NCBI GenBank assembly: GCA_030295235.1
Contig: AP026124.1
Span: 744,001-808,000, forward strand
DNA: 64,000 nt
Direction of reading: 5' to 3'
Origin: Fistulifera solaris
Lineage: Eukaryota
Shown here: piece after piece, positions 61,846-64,000 of the stretch
How positions within the stretch are numbered: the first letter of the stretch is position 1
How the letters are laid out: every line of letters starts with the position of its first letter
Notes under the pieces: generated by a model
Told to the model about the DNA's origin: nothing
Seen by the model: the letters and a program-made list of their open reading frames with translations, nothing else
Databases searched by the model: none
Made by a program: the position numbers and the translations under genes

Positions 61846-62012
61846 AAGAAGATTGACTCATGACTCAAATGCAGTCGTGGTAAAGTCCAGCTAACATTTT
61901 GGCCCTATACCTGGTACTCACGAACGAACGGCAAGAAGATTGACTCATGACTCAAATGCAGTCGTGATAAAGCCCAGCCAACATTTTGGCCCTATACTCA
62001 CGAACGAACGGC
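61846..62012. repeat. ~80-bp tandem duplication (87 + 80 bp) containing TGACTCATGACTCA; partial third copy at 61583-61610
   Basis: 61846-61932 and 61933-62012 differ by 3 substitutions and a 7-bp insertion. Confidence 0.9.
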
Positions 62013-62154
62013 ACGTACGCTGTACGTCTCATTGTTCGGACCGCTGACCGCTGAGCCGATTGCATGCACCGTTATTTTTTGCAGCACAACAACAACATCG
62101 GGAAGCAAGTCTTGCGGCAAAGCTTGTTGACTATAGAAAGCAAAGTTTCCAGGA

Positions 62155-62992
62155 ATGTCTTTTAAATCACTTCACAATACGCTGATTCGACACACCCTTA
62201 ATAGCATCAAGCGTCCGGGCAGTCACGTTCATGCTAGCAGCGTTTTGACGTCACATCGATCGCTCTCTTCGGAGGAAACATCGGCTCTCTTCCGCTTTCG
62301 TCGAAGTAACCAATTGAGTCATATCTTGAACGACGACCGCGGTAAGCGACCGAATAGTGTGATGCTGTTTCCCGGTGACTACCAGGATGATGCTGAAAGT
62401 ATGTGGGATGACGACGAGGATGATTACGAAGCGAGCGAAACGATGGGCGGATACGAAAGTGACACCGGGGGAGAGCAAACACTCAGCGAAACAGACCATT
62501 TAATTGAAGAGCTACGCCGCAGAGAGGCCGAAGATCAAGCTCAACGTGCGAAGTGGATTGAGAATAGCTTGCCTCCCGTCTGGAAGTCTGAGATTGATGA
62601 ACGCGGAAGAGCGTATGGGCGTGGTGGACGAAAGAAGGCTGCAGCACGCGTTTGGATTCAGCCGGGGTTCGGTGAAGTCACGGTCAACAAAAAAATCGTT
62701 CGTGGATTATTTTCCGCGCATGTCGGATCGAGATTTGATTTTACAACCTCTCGTGGCCACGGAGACGTGTGGTGACTTTGATGTGCAAGTCATGGTGCAG
62801 GGAGGAGGCTTGACCGGCCAGGCGGGGGCTGTGCGACACGGTTTGGCTCACGCACTTAACAGTTACAACCCGGATTTGTATCGACCGCCACTGAAGCGAC
62901 TTGGTTTGTTAGAACGCGATGCTCGCCGAGTCGAGCGAAAGAAAGTCGGTCACAAAAAAGCCAGAAAGTCACCTCAGTGGGTGCGTCGTTAA
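62155..62992 (+). CDS. MRPS9: Mitochondrial ribosomal protein uS9m; frameshift near 62693
   Basis: Presequence, then GRGGRKKAAARV, GGGLTGQAGAVRHG and RDARRVERKK.G.KKARKSPQWVRR. Confidence 0.92.
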
Positions 62993-63037
62993 AGCAGTAC
63001 TGAGATTCACTTGACTACACAAGAATAGCCTATAATA

Positions 63038-63945
63038 TTATCTAGAATCTGATCGTTTACGATACGCCCCGATCCAGTTAATATCCGTGTCATTCGGATC
63101 CAATTTCCACGACCAGTCACCAAAGAATGGAGGCTTCGTTAACACCATGCCCGACACGTCGACTTCTTCCATATCCACATGATTCATTAAGCGCGCTACC
63201 TCGTCCGGTGAACGGTATTCATGCCAATTGTGAGTCCCAATAGGAATATATCTCATAATGTACTCGGCTCCAACAATAGTAGCAAGGTGGCTTTTCATGG
63301 TGCGATTGATTGTTGAAAGGAACAGCAAACCATCGTTTTTCAAAAGAGCCGAAGCTGCTCCCAGCAACGACGCGGCATCAGTCGAATGTTCCAGTACTTC
63401 TAGCAAGCAAACCATATCATACTTTTTGTCCGAGTGCTCATGCGCAAACGTCTCCACTGTTTTCCCACCTTGATAATCAATGGTTCGTGTCCGAGGATGA
63501 AGTGCTGCGTGCTGTTTGGCGGCTTCCACCAACCTTACACTGGGGTCCAATCCTGTCACGGTGGCGCCTAGTCGAGCCAGAGATTCACTGAGTAAGCCCC
63601 CACCACAACCAATGTCCAGTGCCGAATATCCTTCCAGAGGATGCGCCGACGAAACAATCGTATCTTCCTTCTTAACAAGATTCTGATAGACCATTTCACG
63701 GATATATTTCATTCGGATGGTATTCATGGGAATGAGAACGTTCTTTTCGGATCCCACCAGTCCTGATCCATGGCACTAAATTTGTCCACTTCCGAAGACG
63801 ATACAGAGAAAAGACGACGCGCATGCGAAGGACGCATCGATGCGGTATGAGGAATACAAGATGAGGCTGTAAGGAATGGACGGGTGCTTCGTCGCACCGT
63901 TGCCCCACTAAGAGATGCGGGGCGAAGGAGCGATTTCGATCTCAT
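63038..63945 (-). CDS. COQ3: Ubiquinone biosynthesis O-methyltransferase (COQ3/UbiG); frameshift near 63748
   Basis: EVDKF...WWD, MN.IR, LDIGCGGGLLSESLAR, EVLEH, STINRT, GTH. Confidence 0.92.
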
Positions 63946-64000
63946 GGCTGATTCAGGACGATGAAATGAACAATATATTTTATATTATGAAAAAATGCAA

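Noticed and set aside
1560..63760. Frameshifts in many genes read as pseudogenes or programmed frameshifting
   Set aside because: The breaks I could resolve are 1-bp indels in homopolymers, including in essential genes (HDAC, Prp31, uS9m, COQ3) whose motifs are intact. Long-read consensus error is the simplest explanation.

Overview
Gene-dense eukaryotic nuclear DNA, most likely from a diatom. The evidence is short GT-AG introns, ASAFAP-type bipartite plastid presequences, a DUF6824 protein and a diatom-type LRR protein. About 30 host genes are recognisable, including class I HDAC, SMYD, DnaJ, Las1, E(z), Nug1/GNL3, plastid TPI, GST, Prp31, PPR, Ytm1, U1-70K, OSCA, a probable G-protein gamma subunit, a lipin-like protein, Nup54, DEPDC5/Iml1, uS9m and COQ3. 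Many genes are broken by single-base indels in homopolymer runs, which points to an unpolished long-read assembly rather than pseudogenes. The main accessory feature is a complete 3.13-kb piggyBac-type transposon (48547-51676). It has TIRs, palindromic subterminal repeats and a CTAA target duplication, and its single reconstructable ORF fuses a DEDDh 3'-5' exonuclease to the transposase. Intergenic DNA is enriched in TA-C..G-TA units (TACCWGGTA seen 12 times), which two internal repeat comparisons show to be insertions at TA sites. The window also has a ~85-bp hairpin mini-element in two copies, a 1.4-kb palindromic minisatellite and a 227-bp satellite array.
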